From a phage, in the sequence record NC_135729.1: a DNA stretch of 64,000 nt. One strand, given 5' to 3'. Position 1 is the first letter of the stretch. Every line of letters begins with the position of its first letter. The notes beneath the pieces are model-generated. The model was given only the letters and a program-made list of their open reading frames with translations, was not told the origin of the DNA and did no database searches. The position numbers and the translations under genes were made by a program. Positions 10,728 through 21,022 of the stretch are shown here, in pieces.

Positions 10728-11312
10728 TTAGAGGGTAGGTCGCTCCGGGAAGAAAATGTCAGGGGCTTTAGATGTATCTATTTCAAGAAGTTTTACCCTG
10801 TACATTTTCAAATCTCTGATGTTACGTTTCTGGTCATCAGTAAGATCATATTCAAGGTCAATCATGTCTTGATAGGCACCAATTCTAGCAGTAGCCCAAG
10901 CAAGTTCTGTCTCTATGACACCCTCTGCCTGTTGAACAAAGAATTCATTGTCTGTGACAAATTCATCACCAACTAAACGCAAAGCGTCGTGGTGAAGCAT
11001 AATGTTTTCTGGTACCTCTTCTTTTTTGGCGATAACCACACGAAGACCTGGAGCAGGCCATAAGGCATCAGGTTCTTCTGTAGATGTCTTAAGAATTCCC
11101 TTCTCGTCAACAAGTAGGAAGATACACCCTGGATTTTCTTGTCGTAATGTTCGTGACTGCACATACCAATCACCATCATCATTACGTAAAAAATACCCAG
11201 TGTATGCGGTGTAATCCTCAACCTCTTGAGGGGTCAGCTCCTTGGTTTCCTTGTTGGAGTGGTATTCGCCAGATCCCGGTTGGTAAAGTTTAAACTCTTG
11301 AAGTATTTTCAT
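10728..11312 (-). CDS. tail fiber assembly chaperone (Tfa-like)
   Basis: Immediately downstream of fiber paralog B in the transcript; acidic about-190-aa protein ending ...APDIFFPERP, as in lambda-type Tfa chaperones. Confidence 0.5.
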   Translation of the reverse strand: MKILQEFKLYQPGSGEYHSNKETKELTPQEVEDYTAYTGYFLRNDDGDWYVQSRTLRQENPGCIFLLVDEKGILKTSTEEPDALWPAPGLRVVIAKKEEVPENIMLHHDALRLVGDEFVTDNEFFVQQAEGVIETELAWATARIGAYQDMIDLEYDLTDDQKRNIRDLKMYRVKLLEIDTSKAPDIFFPERPTL

Positions 11313-11326
11313 GCTAGTCCTCCGAT

Positions 11327-12367
11327 CTATGCATAATTAACAGTGATCCATTGACCGTTTACAAGTTTTTGTAAAGGTCCTGCCCAGTAGGTTGAACCAC
11401 GCATCTCTTTTTTGTCACCGAAATGCCAGCCTGTGACAACGTAGCCGTTGCGAATTGGAGATTCGGAAACGCCGTCAACAAGTCTTGCACCGATTCTGAT
11501 GTCTTGCACACCTGTCTGCGGGATAGTGATTGTTACATCACCGTTACCGTTAGCCGTCACTCCATTCACAGAGCGCACCACATTTCTGTTACCGACAACA
11601 CAGTGCTGACTTCTTACAACCATACTGTCACAACTTGCACCTCCATTAACATACACTGACCCAGTCGTCAACTGACTAGCCACATTACAGTTGGTGAATG
11701 TTGCTGTATTGCTGATAGTAAGGTTATTGCACCTCATGTTATCGACAACTTCAACATTGCCTACCACTTTCAACAGCGCACGATTAGCCGTGATCGCGTT
11801 AAGGTACATCAAAGTGAACTCTGGATTAATATCCGGCTGAGTTGGCTGGAATCTCCAACGAAACGCATCTACTGTAGATGTACCACCATCATCAAACGAC
11901 CCTGTATTATCACTTAACCCAAAGTCGAGAGTTGTCTTATCTGGGCCAATAGTTGTCTCTATCCAAGCCTTATCTGTCTCGGCAGCTTTAAAGTTGATAC
12001 GTTGCAACCCCAAGGGGCCTGTCATTGTATCACCTGTAACTTTTACATACCTGGCGTCTGCCTCTTCCTTAGTGATAATCCCAAGGTTTCTACGGGCAAC
12101 AGGGATGTTCAAAAGATCGCTCAAGTTATTATCACGTACCAGATAACGGCCTTCTTGAGCGGGGATCTGCTCGTCAGCAATGTATTTTGCCCAAGTTCCG
12201 AGCATATTGAAAATATAGTTAAGTTCTTCACATGAGGGCTTTTGACCAAGATCCCAACCTTTTCTCCACAAATCATCAATCGGGCGTAGCCTGTTCTGTC
12301 TGTGGGTGTTAGGCAGAACCTGATCCTCCTCTGCCCAAATCTCTAATGGAAAACTAGGTTTTGACAT
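11327..12367 (-). CDS. tail fiber protein, paralog B (346 aa)
   Basis: Paralog of 9269..10315 with conserved termini and a divergent central region; followed by the Tfa-like gene. Confidence 0.65.
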   Translation of the reverse strand: MSKPSFPLEIWAEEDQVLPNTHRQNRLRPIDDLWRKGWDLGQKPSCEELNYIFNMLGTWAKYIADEQIPAQEGRYLVRDNNLSDLLNIPVARRNLGIITKEEADARYVKVTGDTMTGPLGLQRINFKAAETDKAWIETTIGPDKTTLDFGLSDNTGSFDDGGTSTVDAFRWRFQPTQPDINPEFTLMYLNAITANRALLKVVGNVEVVDNMRCNNLTISNTATFTNCNVASQLTTGSVYVNGGASCDSMVVRSQHCVVGNRNVVRSVNGVTANGNGDVTITIPQTGVQDIRIGARLVDGVSESPIRNGYVVTGWHFGDKKEMRGSTYWAGPLQKLVNGQWITVNYA

Positions 12368-12379
12368 TTTATCTCCTGA

Positions 12380-14452
12380 TTATGAGAAGTCTGGCGGGAC
12401 AACATCCTCTACATACCCTTTCAGAGCAACCTGCCCCATATGAAGCACGGTAGAATCTCTAGCGGTAACAGTGATGCTGTCAGACATTACTTGCGGGTAT
12501 GCCCACACATACTGTTTTACCTCAGGGTATCTATACTCTATAGTTGCCATGTTTCCGCAAATACATCTCCATAAAAATTCTTGGTAATTCCTGGTTGGGT
12601 CGTAGCCATATACCGGAGCAAGCTCTTTACTAGGAACGAACCCTGCAAGGTATTGTATTTCAGACGGTTGCCAACCTAACTTAACGATAGGTATGTTTAC
12701 AGACTCTTTTGCCTTTTCAATACCTCCCTGCATCACCCAATCGTAGCACTCGGTGCAGAAGAAATCAAGAGCACCTGCTTCCTTTTTATATTGGTCAGCA
12801 AGGTTCAGCTTTTGCGTAAGCTCGGTTTCCATGATGGTTGGGAAAAACAGCAAAGCTGTCATCTGAGCTGATGCAGCGTGTGCCTTTATTGCCTTTGAAA
12901 TAGCCGCAATACGAGCGCCAAGCTTACCACGACAAAATGCTACATACTTGTCGTAAACACCGCCAGTTTTAGGATCGTCAATAGTCCCAATATCTAATGC
13001 ATACTCACCTGTCTCATCATAAAACGCCTGCTTTGTAGGGTAATCATAAATACAAGGTCTACGAGTATCGGTATTGTACCACCACCACGGTTCACCAACC
13101 TGCATAATCACTGGCAGGTTGTTTCTCATAGCGGCTGATGCAAAATTCTTAAATACTGCAGTAAGGAAATTCATACCCTCTTCAATGGTTGGAGACAGGA
13201 GGTAGCTACAGGGTGTATACCCTGTTTTAGCGTAGTTATCGTTCCAGTCTCTTTGGGTCCATTCCAACGGGCAGGCATCGCTGAAAAGCTCAAAACTTAC
13301 AGATTGCATAACGTCGAAGTTATGTCGTTTGGCATTGTACATAAAATCATCATGCCATTTATAAGCTGCAGCGTTTAGCGCCCCTGTTCTGTTTATAGAC
13401 CATTGGGTTCCTGACCATGTGTAGTCATAATAATGACTCATACCAACATAATGGTTTATGGTTCCGGTATAGCCCAGACGCTTGATATTGTTCAACACCC
13501 TTAAAGGAGATACGTTCCACATATCGTCATATGCGGTGCAGATCCCAACGTCGTGCTCTTTAACCTGAATATTGTTAAGTTGCATCATTTTCCAGCCTGT
13601 GTCTGGCTGAAGCAGATCTAGGCGCAACTCACACTCTACATTTTCCGTTCTCGGGTCTGTGCTATTACTTACCCAGTCTTTAGGCATGAGTGGTATTAAA
13701 ATCCTTCTCACCTGCCGAGGATCAACACCCATCATGTTGTTGTTCTGGTCCATCCCGACGCAGTCCTCAAAATCAATATGAATTTCTGCAACATTCTTAT
13801 CCTCTGAGATGCTGACAGCATATTGAGCTAAAGGAACATAGATGATTGTGCCATCAACAAGGTCTACAGTCATAATCATCTTTTCAGGAGTGGAGAAGTT
13901 GCTGGCGTTGGTTATTGACATTCTGAACCAGAGCTTGGTGTTTCTCATCTCATAGTGATCATCAAACCCAATGCCGAAATGGTCATACTTGTCAACTGTT
14001 TCCCAAATACACCCAGCCATACCTCCATATGTTCTTGACACTAAACGGTTAATACAACAGTTGTTATCTGCAACAATACAGGTACTTTCAGTCTGCTGAG
14101 TAGTTGTAACCCAATACCTTGGGTGAAACATTCTCTCCTCAACAGTATCCCAAGATATCCTGTCAAGATTCTCATCTGAAACTATTGTACATTTCGCCCT
14201 TTGTGTTCCAATCATTACCCCTTGGGATTTTGATGAAAACTCCATAAAGAAGCTTCTTGGCAACCTGTTGGGTAATTTGTCAACAATTTCCACGGGGATC
14301 TCAATACTTGTTGCCCCAACTGGGATAGTTATATCGCCCTCAACATGATTATAATCCCTACCAGGAACGGCAGTATCCTGAACTGTTCGGTAATGAAACT
14401 GTGCAGCCATTGTAGAGTAATCACGGTAAGGTTTAAAAACAGCTGTTGCCAT
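12380..14452 (-). CDS. tailspike-like protein with N-terminal Calx-beta-like segment (690 aa)
   Basis: N-terminal VPGRDYNHVEGDITIPVGATSIEIPVEIVD resembles a Calx-beta motif; large Trp/Tyr-rich C-terminal domain consistent with a glycan-binding or hydrolysing spike. Confidence 0.5.
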   Translation of the reverse strand: MATAVFKPYRDYSTMAAQFHYRTVQDTAVPGRDYNHVEGDITIPVGATSIEIPVEIVDKLPNRLPRSFFMEFSSKSQGVMIGTQRAKCTIVSDENLDRISWDTVEERMFHPRYWVTTTQQTESTCIVADNNCCINRLVSRTYGGMAGCIWETVDKYDHFGIGFDDHYEMRNTKLWFRMSITNASNFSTPEKMIMTVDLVDGTIIYVPLAQYAVSISEDKNVAEIHIDFEDCVGMDQNNNMMGVDPRQVRRILIPLMPKDWVSNSTDPRTENVECELRLDLLQPDTGWKMMQLNNIQVKEHDVGICTAYDDMWNVSPLRVLNNIKRLGYTGTINHYVGMSHYYDYTWSGTQWSINRTGALNAAAYKWHDDFMYNAKRHNFDVMQSVSFELFSDACPLEWTQRDWNDNYAKTGYTPCSYLLSPTIEEGMNFLTAVFKNFASAAMRNNLPVIMQVGEPWWWYNTDTRRPCIYDYPTKQAFYDETGEYALDIGTIDDPKTGGVYDKYVAFCRGKLGARIAAISKAIKAHAASAQMTALLFFPTIMETELTQKLNLADQYKKEAGALDFFCTECYDWVMQGGIEKAKESVNIPIVKLGWQPSEIQYLAGFVPSKELAPVYGYDPTRNYQEFLWRCICGNMATIEYRYPEVKQYVWAYPQVMSDSITVTARDSTVLHMGQVALKGYVEDVVPPDFS

Positions 14453-15138
14453 TAACCCTCCTGTCTAGTTGCGTTTACTGTAATACTTTCACAATAAATG
14501 GTTGTGGTGTCCCAATCAGGTCTTACGTCAGGAACATATAGCAAAGTAGCCAGCCCACCAACTCCGAATTGGATTTCTTCCCACACTGATCCGAAGCCAA
14601 GAGCTGTAGAGTCCCCTTCAAAACCAAAAGCTTGCCCTTGCGATTCTGTAAGACGCAAATGACAAGGTAATGGTAGCATATCTAAGATCTGATCGATAGA
14701 CTGCAATATGTCAAAGCAAGTTTTTCTAATATTTATGTCAAACCTGAAGTTGTCTCCTTTCCACGTATCGAAATTGTCTCTTCCGAACAATTGTCGCAAG
14801 GTGGAGATGACATCTTCTCGAGTCCCGCCCCTTGATGCTGCAGCCTGCTGAATAATTAGTGTGGCACGAAAATCAGCATCTGAAAGTCCATTCCTAAGAA
14901 TACCAAGCTGATTACCAACTTCGTCAAGGTATCTTCCGCTGGCATTGTTAAGCAATCTTCCTTCAGCCAAACCTACCAGCATCTTATCAACATCCTCCAA
15001 CCTTTTAAGGTACACGGTTAAGAATGTGACTAAATTAACCTTCTCAGCCAGAAAATCTCCAGGCAGGTAGTCAAGACCTCCCTGAACAAAATCTGGCAGA
15101 GTGTGGATGTGGTTAACATCCGACTTAATCTCTGCCAT
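14452..15138 (-). CDS. baseplate protein (228 aa)
   Basis: Start overlaps the stop of the preceding gene (translational coupling); assigned by position next to the J-like baseplate gene. Confidence 0.4.
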   Translation of the reverse strand: MAEIKSDVNHIHTLPDFVQGGLDYLPGDFLAEKVNLVTFLTVYLKRLEDVDKMLVGLAEGRLLNNASGRYLDEVGNQLGILRNGLSDADFRATLIIQQAAASRGGTREDVISTLRQLFGRDNFDTWKGDNFRFDINIRKTCFDILQSIDQILDMLPLPCHLRLTESQGQAFGFEGDSTALGFGSVWEEIQFGVGGLATLLYVPDVRPDWDTTTIYCESITVNATRQEG

Positions 15139-15149
15139 ATCTCGCCGCC

Positions 15150-16640
15150 TTAAATAGTTTGTTGGAAAGTTATATTACTTTCGTCGAGGTCAAACACCTC
15201 GGTCATGTTCGCAACAATATCGTTTGTAGTGTAAGCTTCATCAGAAGCTCCTACTGGTTTAACTTGAATTACCAGTCTATTAAATCTGCCTATTGACACA
15301 GCAGCAGATGCAGCACCGACCAATTGGATATTGTACAACGTATCTGCAACATCCAGTCCGTTAACAACCTGTAAAAGAGCCTCTACAATGGCATCTTTTT
15401 CGGTTGTGGAAAGCGCAGCACCGGAATAGGTAATTCTTACATCTAGGCGGTAGGTATTCGCCTTGGAGTAATAAATTCTTTCAGTTTGACCGTCAGATGT
15501 AGTGACATCGTAGAAAATATTACCATAAGTCCTGTTCGTACAGGCTATAGTTTGGTAAAGTGCTTGGCAAATGTCCTCCGTTGCACCACCAAACACAACC
15601 ACTTGGAACTTGTAAGGAGGTATACCTTTAGCATCAGTTTTATCAGTGTTGTTGGAGAACACTCTCACTTTCTCAACACCTTTCACCTCGCTTACAGCGC
15701 TAAGGATTGCAGGACGGGTAGCCTTCGATGTTAACTGTTTTGTGCTGGAAGCTCTTAAGCGATACTCGGAATCTTTCTCAACATCCCTGCCCTCGTTGAA
15801 TCTTTCTCGGTTGGTAAGCTTGATAAATCCGCTGGGAGTAGGTGACATTGTTGTCACGGTCTCTGCCTCTCTTGACAGCTCACCAGCCTCGTTAGCTATA
15901 ACATCTAGGGTGATAGTTCTTTCCCCTACAATCGGGGATACTCTGAAATCTACCCTACTATTAAGTCCAACTTGATCAAGATTCGAATTGTACCCTATCC
16001 ACAACGTTCCTGTCAACATATCGATCTGAATCAAATCGTCGTTCAACAGGGTTGTATTATCGACAATGAACTGCTTAATCTCTCCGTAAAAGCTTGGCAG
16101 ATCAGAAGAGTCCAGAGACTTATCTGTTAAAACCAGACTTTTTGTTTTGATACTTCCATCTGTCTGGTTGGTGATTTGAAAGTTGTATTTACCAATCCTT
16201 AGGTCTGGAGCATTTATTCTGTGGGCAATAAGATTCCCTGCCACCTGCACATCATTGCTAAGAACAAAGTTGCCACTATCCAGCGTATAAGTTTTGGAAT
16301 CATAAATCATATTGTACGGCACAGTTGTGTTGATTGTCAACTGGCAGGTACCTGATGATTTAGAACGGCCTCTTCGGTAAATACCCTGTCTTCCAAGAAG
16401 CTCATCCAGGTAAATACCTTCTGCCCCATACAGCGTCTGTGATGCGTATACAGATGCTGCCATAAGAATAAGTTGATACTCTCGCTCGTTGAAGATAGTG
16501 GTCAGCTTATCTGCAACGGAGTTACTCTGTACGTTGAAGTTTTCGCCAAAAGCACGGATCAGGCTTTGCTTAGTTTCAACGATTAGGTCATTTAGGGTTG
16601 GTATAACGAAACCAGCCTCTGTCAATCCATACTTAGCCAC
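15150..16640 (-). CDS. baseplate wedge protein (J-like, 496 aa)
   Basis: Size and position match baseplate J-family wedge proteins of contractile-tail phages; no diagnostic motif confirmed. Confidence 0.45.
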   Translation of the reverse strand: MAKYGLTEAGFVIPTLNDLIVETKQSLIRAFGENFNVQSNSVADKLTTIFNEREYQLILMAASVYASQTLYGAEGIYLDELLGRQGIYRRGRSKSSGTCQLTINTTVPYNMIYDSKTYTLDSGNFVLSNDVQVAGNLIAHRINAPDLRIGKYNFQITNQTDGSIKTKSLVLTDKSLDSSDLPSFYGEIKQFIVDNTTLLNDDLIQIDMLTGTLWIGYNSNLDQVGLNSRVDFRVSPIVGERTITLDVIANEAGELSREAETVTTMSPTPSGFIKLTNRERFNEGRDVEKDSEYRLRASSTKQLTSKATRPAILSAVSEVKGVEKVRVFSNNTDKTDAKGIPPYKFQVVVFGGATEDICQALYQTIACTNRTYGNIFYDVTTSDGQTERIYYSKANTYRLDVRITYSGAALSTTEKDAIVEALLQVVNGLDVADTLYNIQLVGAASAAVSIGRFNRLVIQVKPVGASDEAYTTNDIVANMTEVFDLDESNITFQQTI

Positions 16641-16707
16641 GTCACTCCTCCGGTATGAAAATCTCTACAAGGTATTTTACCAAATTTTGTAACAATAGTC
16701 AATCTGA

Positions 16708-16737
16708 GCATAAAAATAAACCCCGCCGAAGCGGGGC
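16708..16737 (-). terminator. intrinsic terminator after the 1279-aa fiber gene
   Basis: Minus-strand hairpin CCCCGC-ttcg-GCGGGG followed by TTTATTTTTAT. Confidence 0.6.
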
Positions 16738-16745
16738 TTTAAAGG

Positions 16746-19700
16746 TTAGTCGTGAGACTCGTTCCAAGGTCCCTGGAAGCTTGAGTTAGAACGACTAACG
16801 ATCACAGTGGGACAGGAGATTGTGACACCTGTCACGTTCGACGTTGACCACGGTGTGTAAATCTCGATAACAATGTCTATAGTTTGTTCACCCAGACCTG
16901 TTATCCCTACCGCACACATACCGTTGTTGTCGTTAAAATACTTCTTGCCAGCAAGGATCTGATGACCAGCTATCCATGCATTCAGTTGGGAGCCGGCAAG
17001 AGTACCATTCAGTTTAAAGAAGAATGTTACGTTCTTACCCTGACCTGAAACGTTATCTACGTATCTCCACCTCCAACGGCAAACCCTTTGCCGGGAGTTA
17101 TATACTGGAGCACAATCTCCGTAAGTCCTGTGTGCAACAATTGCACCTTCGAACTGGTTAGCGCGGATAACAGAAGCTTCTACACGACCACGGAAGGTAC
17201 CTCCGGTTGCATCTATGGTGCCTCTAAAGCTGCCATTATTGGCATAAACATCTCCACGGAAGGTACCACTAGTGGCGTTAACTGCCCCTGTGAAGTTACC
17301 AGAACTGGCGTTGATGTTGCCTTTCACCCACACATCCATAAATTGGGCGTGCCCGTTCTTATTAATATACCAACCGTATTTATGGTACCCGTTGCCATCG
17401 TAGTTGTTTGACGAAATTTCTTGTGCGATCTTGGCAGAGGAGATCGTGCCATTCTCTATAAAAGCGTCTTTCAAGAACGCTTGGTTGTTCTTGATTGCGA
17501 AAGCAAGGGTTGCTGTTCCATTTCCTGGGTTGTATACCGCAAAATTGTTTGCACTAACCATGAAGTAGGATTGAACTTGGCCCCCAGACCCTTCCATCCC
17601 CAGCTGGATACCTGCAACATATTTATTCCCTGCGGAGTCTACCTGTATTTTTGTGCCCCATTGAGCATTTACTTTACCCTCTAAGTCGGTTACAGCCTTA
17701 GATGTTGTAGCTACTGCAGCCCTGATCTCAGACACATCCCCAACATCATCAATGATCTCCTGCTTAGCAACAGCAAGTTCTTGACGAATAGCTGACGCTG
17801 TGCCGTTGATAAGGTCCACAGCGGCTTTGTTGGTATCGGAAATTGTAGCATCCAGCGCTGTTTTTGTGGAGGTCAGTTTTCCATCCAAAGCATCAATCGC
17901 TTGCTTGTTGGTAGAAATCTCCCCACGTGCAGAAGTTATCTGCTCTGACAGTGCAGATGTTTTCTGATTCAGCAGGTCAGTGGTGGCCTTGTTGGTATTG
18001 GCAATCAAGGTGTTGAGGTCAGTTTTTGCGGTAGTTATCTTTCCGTCAAGGGTGGTATAGTTTTTAGATACCGTCGCGTTTGTCTGACTAATCTTTTGAT
18101 CCAGAGTTTCAGATGTCCTGTTCAAAAGATCCACAGTGGCTTGGTTGGTGCTCAAGATGCTTGCGTCAAGTTCTGTTCTCTGAGTATTGATCTTACCATC
18201 TAGAGTTTTATCTCCGGCTAAATACCCGCTCTCAACTCCCTCTATCTGCTCTACCAGTTCACCTTTGGCGGCAACCAATTTCTCATCTAAAGCCTCTGTC
18301 TTTTTGTTCAGAAGATCAGTAGTTGCTTTATTGGTTGTCTCAATCAGAGATGCCAATCTTCCACTTTCAGTGTTCAGATCGTTGGTGAACTTGTTCTGTG
18401 CAGCAACAAGTTTCCTATCCAGCGCTGTGATATTGCCATTGACATCCTCAAACTTCTGAGTTGTCTCTGTAACTACCGCACCTATTCTGTCTCCAAGTTG
18501 CTGGAATGCCTCATCTACCCTACCATCCATGTATTTATTAAGCTCTGTGACACGATTTTCAACCTCTTCAATAGAGGAATCCAAAGTGCTCATCAACTCT
18601 TTATAAGTTTCTGTCTTTTTGAATTCAGCATCTATCTGAGGCATCAAATCCTCGATAGAGGTGTAGCAGCGTGCAGCGCATTCTACAAACTGAGAGCTAC
18701 CAAAAGCGTTTGTGGTTCGAATATACCAATAATAAACCTTATCGTTCTGCAGGCCTTCAGATGTCCAAGTTGAACCAACACCCATACGGGTGGCTTTTGA
18801 AGTAACGGTTGCATCACTGGTATCTGGCAATCTTGTCATCCCAGATGTCCAAAAGTCATATTGGGTGCTTACACTGGCCAAGTCTCTGCTGTGCGGGATC
18901 AGGGTAATAGCAAAGTATCCCTGTTTAACTTCTACAGAAACCGGAGCCTCAGGTGCCTGAATGTTAAACTCACAGTATGCTTCTGGAGATACACCACCTT
19001 TATAAGATGTTGCAACAACAGTGGCTGTGTAGGAACCTTTAGTCAGACCTTCAACACGGACAAACTGCTCAACTGTCTGCGCTGTCCAGACAATCTCTCC
19101 GTTTTTCCTGACCTGCACAATGTTTTGAGCATAAGTCCCAACGTTGTCCCAAGCCAAAACACCGTGAGTTACTTCTCCAGCTTGGAGAACGGAATATCTG
19201 AAGTTTTGCGGTTGAGCTACACCAGATGGAGATATCGGAATATCTACATCGCCAGAATCCGGAAGTTGCCCTGTGGCATCATTCCACTCTTTAGCATCTT
19301 GACGAAGTTTTACCTTGACACCACCCTTTTTGGTAAACTCCCATTCAAGAACTCTCATTTCTTGGCCCACTATACCAATACTTGGGAGGTCCATTGTAAC
19401 GTAACGACCAGGTTTAAATTTGAAACCTCGCATATTGCAGGTGACTTCAATAATCCTGCCAGCTCTGGCACGTCTTAGGAAGATTGCAGAAACACGTTGA
19501 GCTTGATAAGGACTGGTAACAAAGCGATAGTCTATATCGATTATCTTTCTTTCTCCATCCTTCTCTATCCACTCTGGGACAAACACTGATGGAAAATCTG
19601 TTTCAGAATACCCTTTGGTCGGACTAGTGAATCTGCCAGTTATTGTGTTGGATCTTTTGTCAAATGAGGCTTCCGGATAGATCTTGACCTCACCACAGAC

Positions 19701-20585
19701 ACAATCCTCACTCAGTGTCATTGTTGCCGGGCCATAGTATGCACCAACCAACAAACCATACTTACCAGCTACATAACTAAGATCTGCACCGCAAGCTTTC
19801 AGCATTTCTGCCATAATACTTGCTGGGGCCTCATCCATGTCAAACTCACCGTTAATGGTGTAACGGCGCTCACTGGTTCCGTCTGCGTTTTTTACCGCCT
19901 CGTCGCATATGTTGGCAGCCTCCTTGAAGGACTCCCAGTTGATGGTTTCGTCAGGACATTTAAGGTACGTTCTTAAATAGTCTAGGATCACCAAGGCAGC
20001 GTTATTGGTGTACACCTCTTTACTGATACGAGGATCATAGCATTTTTTACCAATCTTGACGAGTGTAACGTTTGGCAACCCAAAAGGAAACTTGTTAGGG
20101 TCAAACCTGAAGCTGGCACGTAGCCAACTGATCCCTCTACCTATCATGTCAGGTGACCATGATGGGCAGTGTGTACCCATGAAAGGATCAGATGTTTTTC
20201 TGTCGTTATGTAGCTCCCACGATACCAGATCTCCATACGAGGAAATAGGATTACCGTCGATAAGTATATCTTCTATACCTTCCAGAGGGTGATTGGCAAG
20301 AACAATAGCACAATGGAGGGTTCTGTCGCTATCCTGCTCCAAAAACGCAAGCAATCCAGATGTGCGTGTCTTCCCATACACTACAGAGCAAGGTGCAGCA
20401 GAAGATCTGAGAAGATTTTGTCTATCTTGCTGACTTCTGTAAGATTTGTTGCCCTCAAAAATCTTATCCAAAGTTCTGGTGGTCACAGTGTTCAGGCTGT
20501 CAGCCAGAGCTGCCTTGGATGCGTTCCAGTCATAACTTGAAGATCTTGCAGAAGCAACGATGTTATCAATCATTGCAATTGGCAT
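16746..20585 (-). CDS. central tail fiber / host-specificity-like protein with coiled-coil repeat array (1279 aa)
   Basis: Large N-terminal domain, a central array of about-42-aa repeats (TDLLNKKTEALDEKL, TVDLLNRTSETLDQKI, TTDLLNQKTSALSEQI...), and a C-terminal GxFRG-type fiber repeat region. Confidence 0.65.
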   Translation of the reverse strand: MPIAMIDNIVASARSSSYDWNASKAALADSLNTVTTRTLDKIFEGNKSYRSQQDRQNLLRSSAAPCSVVYGKTRTSGLLAFLEQDSDRTLHCAIVLANHPLEGIEDILIDGNPISSYGDLVSWELHNDRKTSDPFMGTHCPSWSPDMIGRGISWLRASFRFDPNKFPFGLPNVTLVKIGKKCYDPRISKEVYTNNAALVILDYLRTYLKCPDETINWESFKEAANICDEAVKNADGTSERRYTINGEFDMDEAPASIMAEMLKACGADLSYVAGKYGLLVGAYYGPATMTLSEDCVCGEVKIYPEASFDKRSNTITGRFTSPTKGYSETDFPSVFVPEWIEKDGERKIIDIDYRFVTSPYQAQRVSAIFLRRARAGRIIEVTCNMRGFKFKPGRYVTMDLPSIGIVGQEMRVLEWEFTKKGGVKVKLRQDAKEWNDATGQLPDSGDVDIPISPSGVAQPQNFRYSVLQAGEVTHGVLAWDNVGTYAQNIVQVRKNGEIVWTAQTVEQFVRVEGLTKGSYTATVVATSYKGGVSPEAYCEFNIQAPEAPVSVEVKQGYFAITLIPHSRDLASVSTQYDFWTSGMTRLPDTSDATVTSKATRMGVGSTWTSEGLQNDKVYYWYIRTTNAFGSSQFVECAARCYTSIEDLMPQIDAEFKKTETYKELMSTLDSSIEEVENRVTELNKYMDGRVDEAFQQLGDRIGAVVTETTQKFEDVNGNITALDRKLVAAQNKFTNDLNTESGRLASLIETTNKATTDLLNKKTEALDEKLVAAKGELVEQIEGVESGYLAGDKTLDGKINTQRTELDASILSTNQATVDLLNRTSETLDQKISQTNATVSKNYTTLDGKITTAKTDLNTLIANTNKATTDLLNQKTSALSEQITSARGEISTNKQAIDALDGKLTSTKTALDATISDTNKAAVDLINGTASAIRQELAVAKQEIIDDVGDVSEIRAAVATTSKAVTDLEGKVNAQWGTKIQVDSAGNKYVAGIQLGMEGSGGQVQSYFMVSANNFAVYNPGNGTATLAFAIKNNQAFLKDAFIENGTISSAKIAQEISSNNYDGNGYHKYGWYINKNGHAQFMDVWVKGNINASSGNFTGAVNATSGTFRGDVYANNGSFRGTIDATGGTFRGRVEASVIRANQFEGAIVAHRTYGDCAPVYNSRQRVCRWRWRYVDNVSGQGKNVTFFFKLNGTLAGSQLNAWIAGHQILAGKKYFNDNNGMCAVGITGLGEQTIDIVIEIYTPWSTSNVTGVTISCPTVIVSRSNSSFQGPWNESHD
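17690..18430. repeat. in-frame tandem repeats of about 126 bp inside the 1279-aa fiber gene
   Basis: Recurrent DNA motifs (gttcagcaggtcagtggtggccttgttggtattggc; ttcaaaagatccacagtggcttggttggtgctcaag; gttcagaagatcagtagttgctttattggttgtctc) encoding the coiled-coil repeats. Confidence 0.5.
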
Positions 20586-21022
20586 TAATACCTCCAGACA
20601 TCAACAACGATAGAATCTTTCATGTCGAACATAAAGACCCCTTTATCACCTTTCGCCCAAATCTGGTTGTTCCAGAACACACCAGCGGTGAGCCCGTTCA
20701 GACCTTCGAAAATAACAATATCGCCACGCTGAACCTGTTTAGGAGTATCCAGTCGAGTCATAAAGAGATCAAAAATAGTAGGCAGGTGTGTAGTTTTGAA
20801 ACGAAGCATGCACCATCTTTTGCTTTCCAACTCTGTTTTATACGTTCCTTCGAAGTTGGAAAGAAAATCTGTTCCGTATTGGGCATCAACACACTTAGCC
20901 GCAAAGGTGCAACAATCGTGGAATCCCCATTCAAAAGGTATGGTGGCCTCTTCGTCAAACACTTTCCACAATCTTTCTTGCCAATCCACTAAACGAGGGT
21001 GTGTGCTCATTAAACCTCCCAA
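20585..21022 (-). CDS. tail-associated protein, possibly NlpC/P60-like peptidase fold (145 aa)
   Basis: GFHDC and GDIVIF motifs loosely resemble the Cys-containing core of NlpC/P60 or CHAP hydrolases; weak. Confidence 0.3.
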   Translation of the reverse strand: MGGLMSTHPRLVDWQERLWKVFDEEATIPFEWGFHDCCTFAAKCVDAQYGTDFLSNFEGTYKTELESKRWCMLRFKTTHLPTIFDLFMTRLDTPKQVQRGDIVIFEGLNGLTAGVFWNNQIWAKGDKGVFMFDMKDSIVVDVWRY

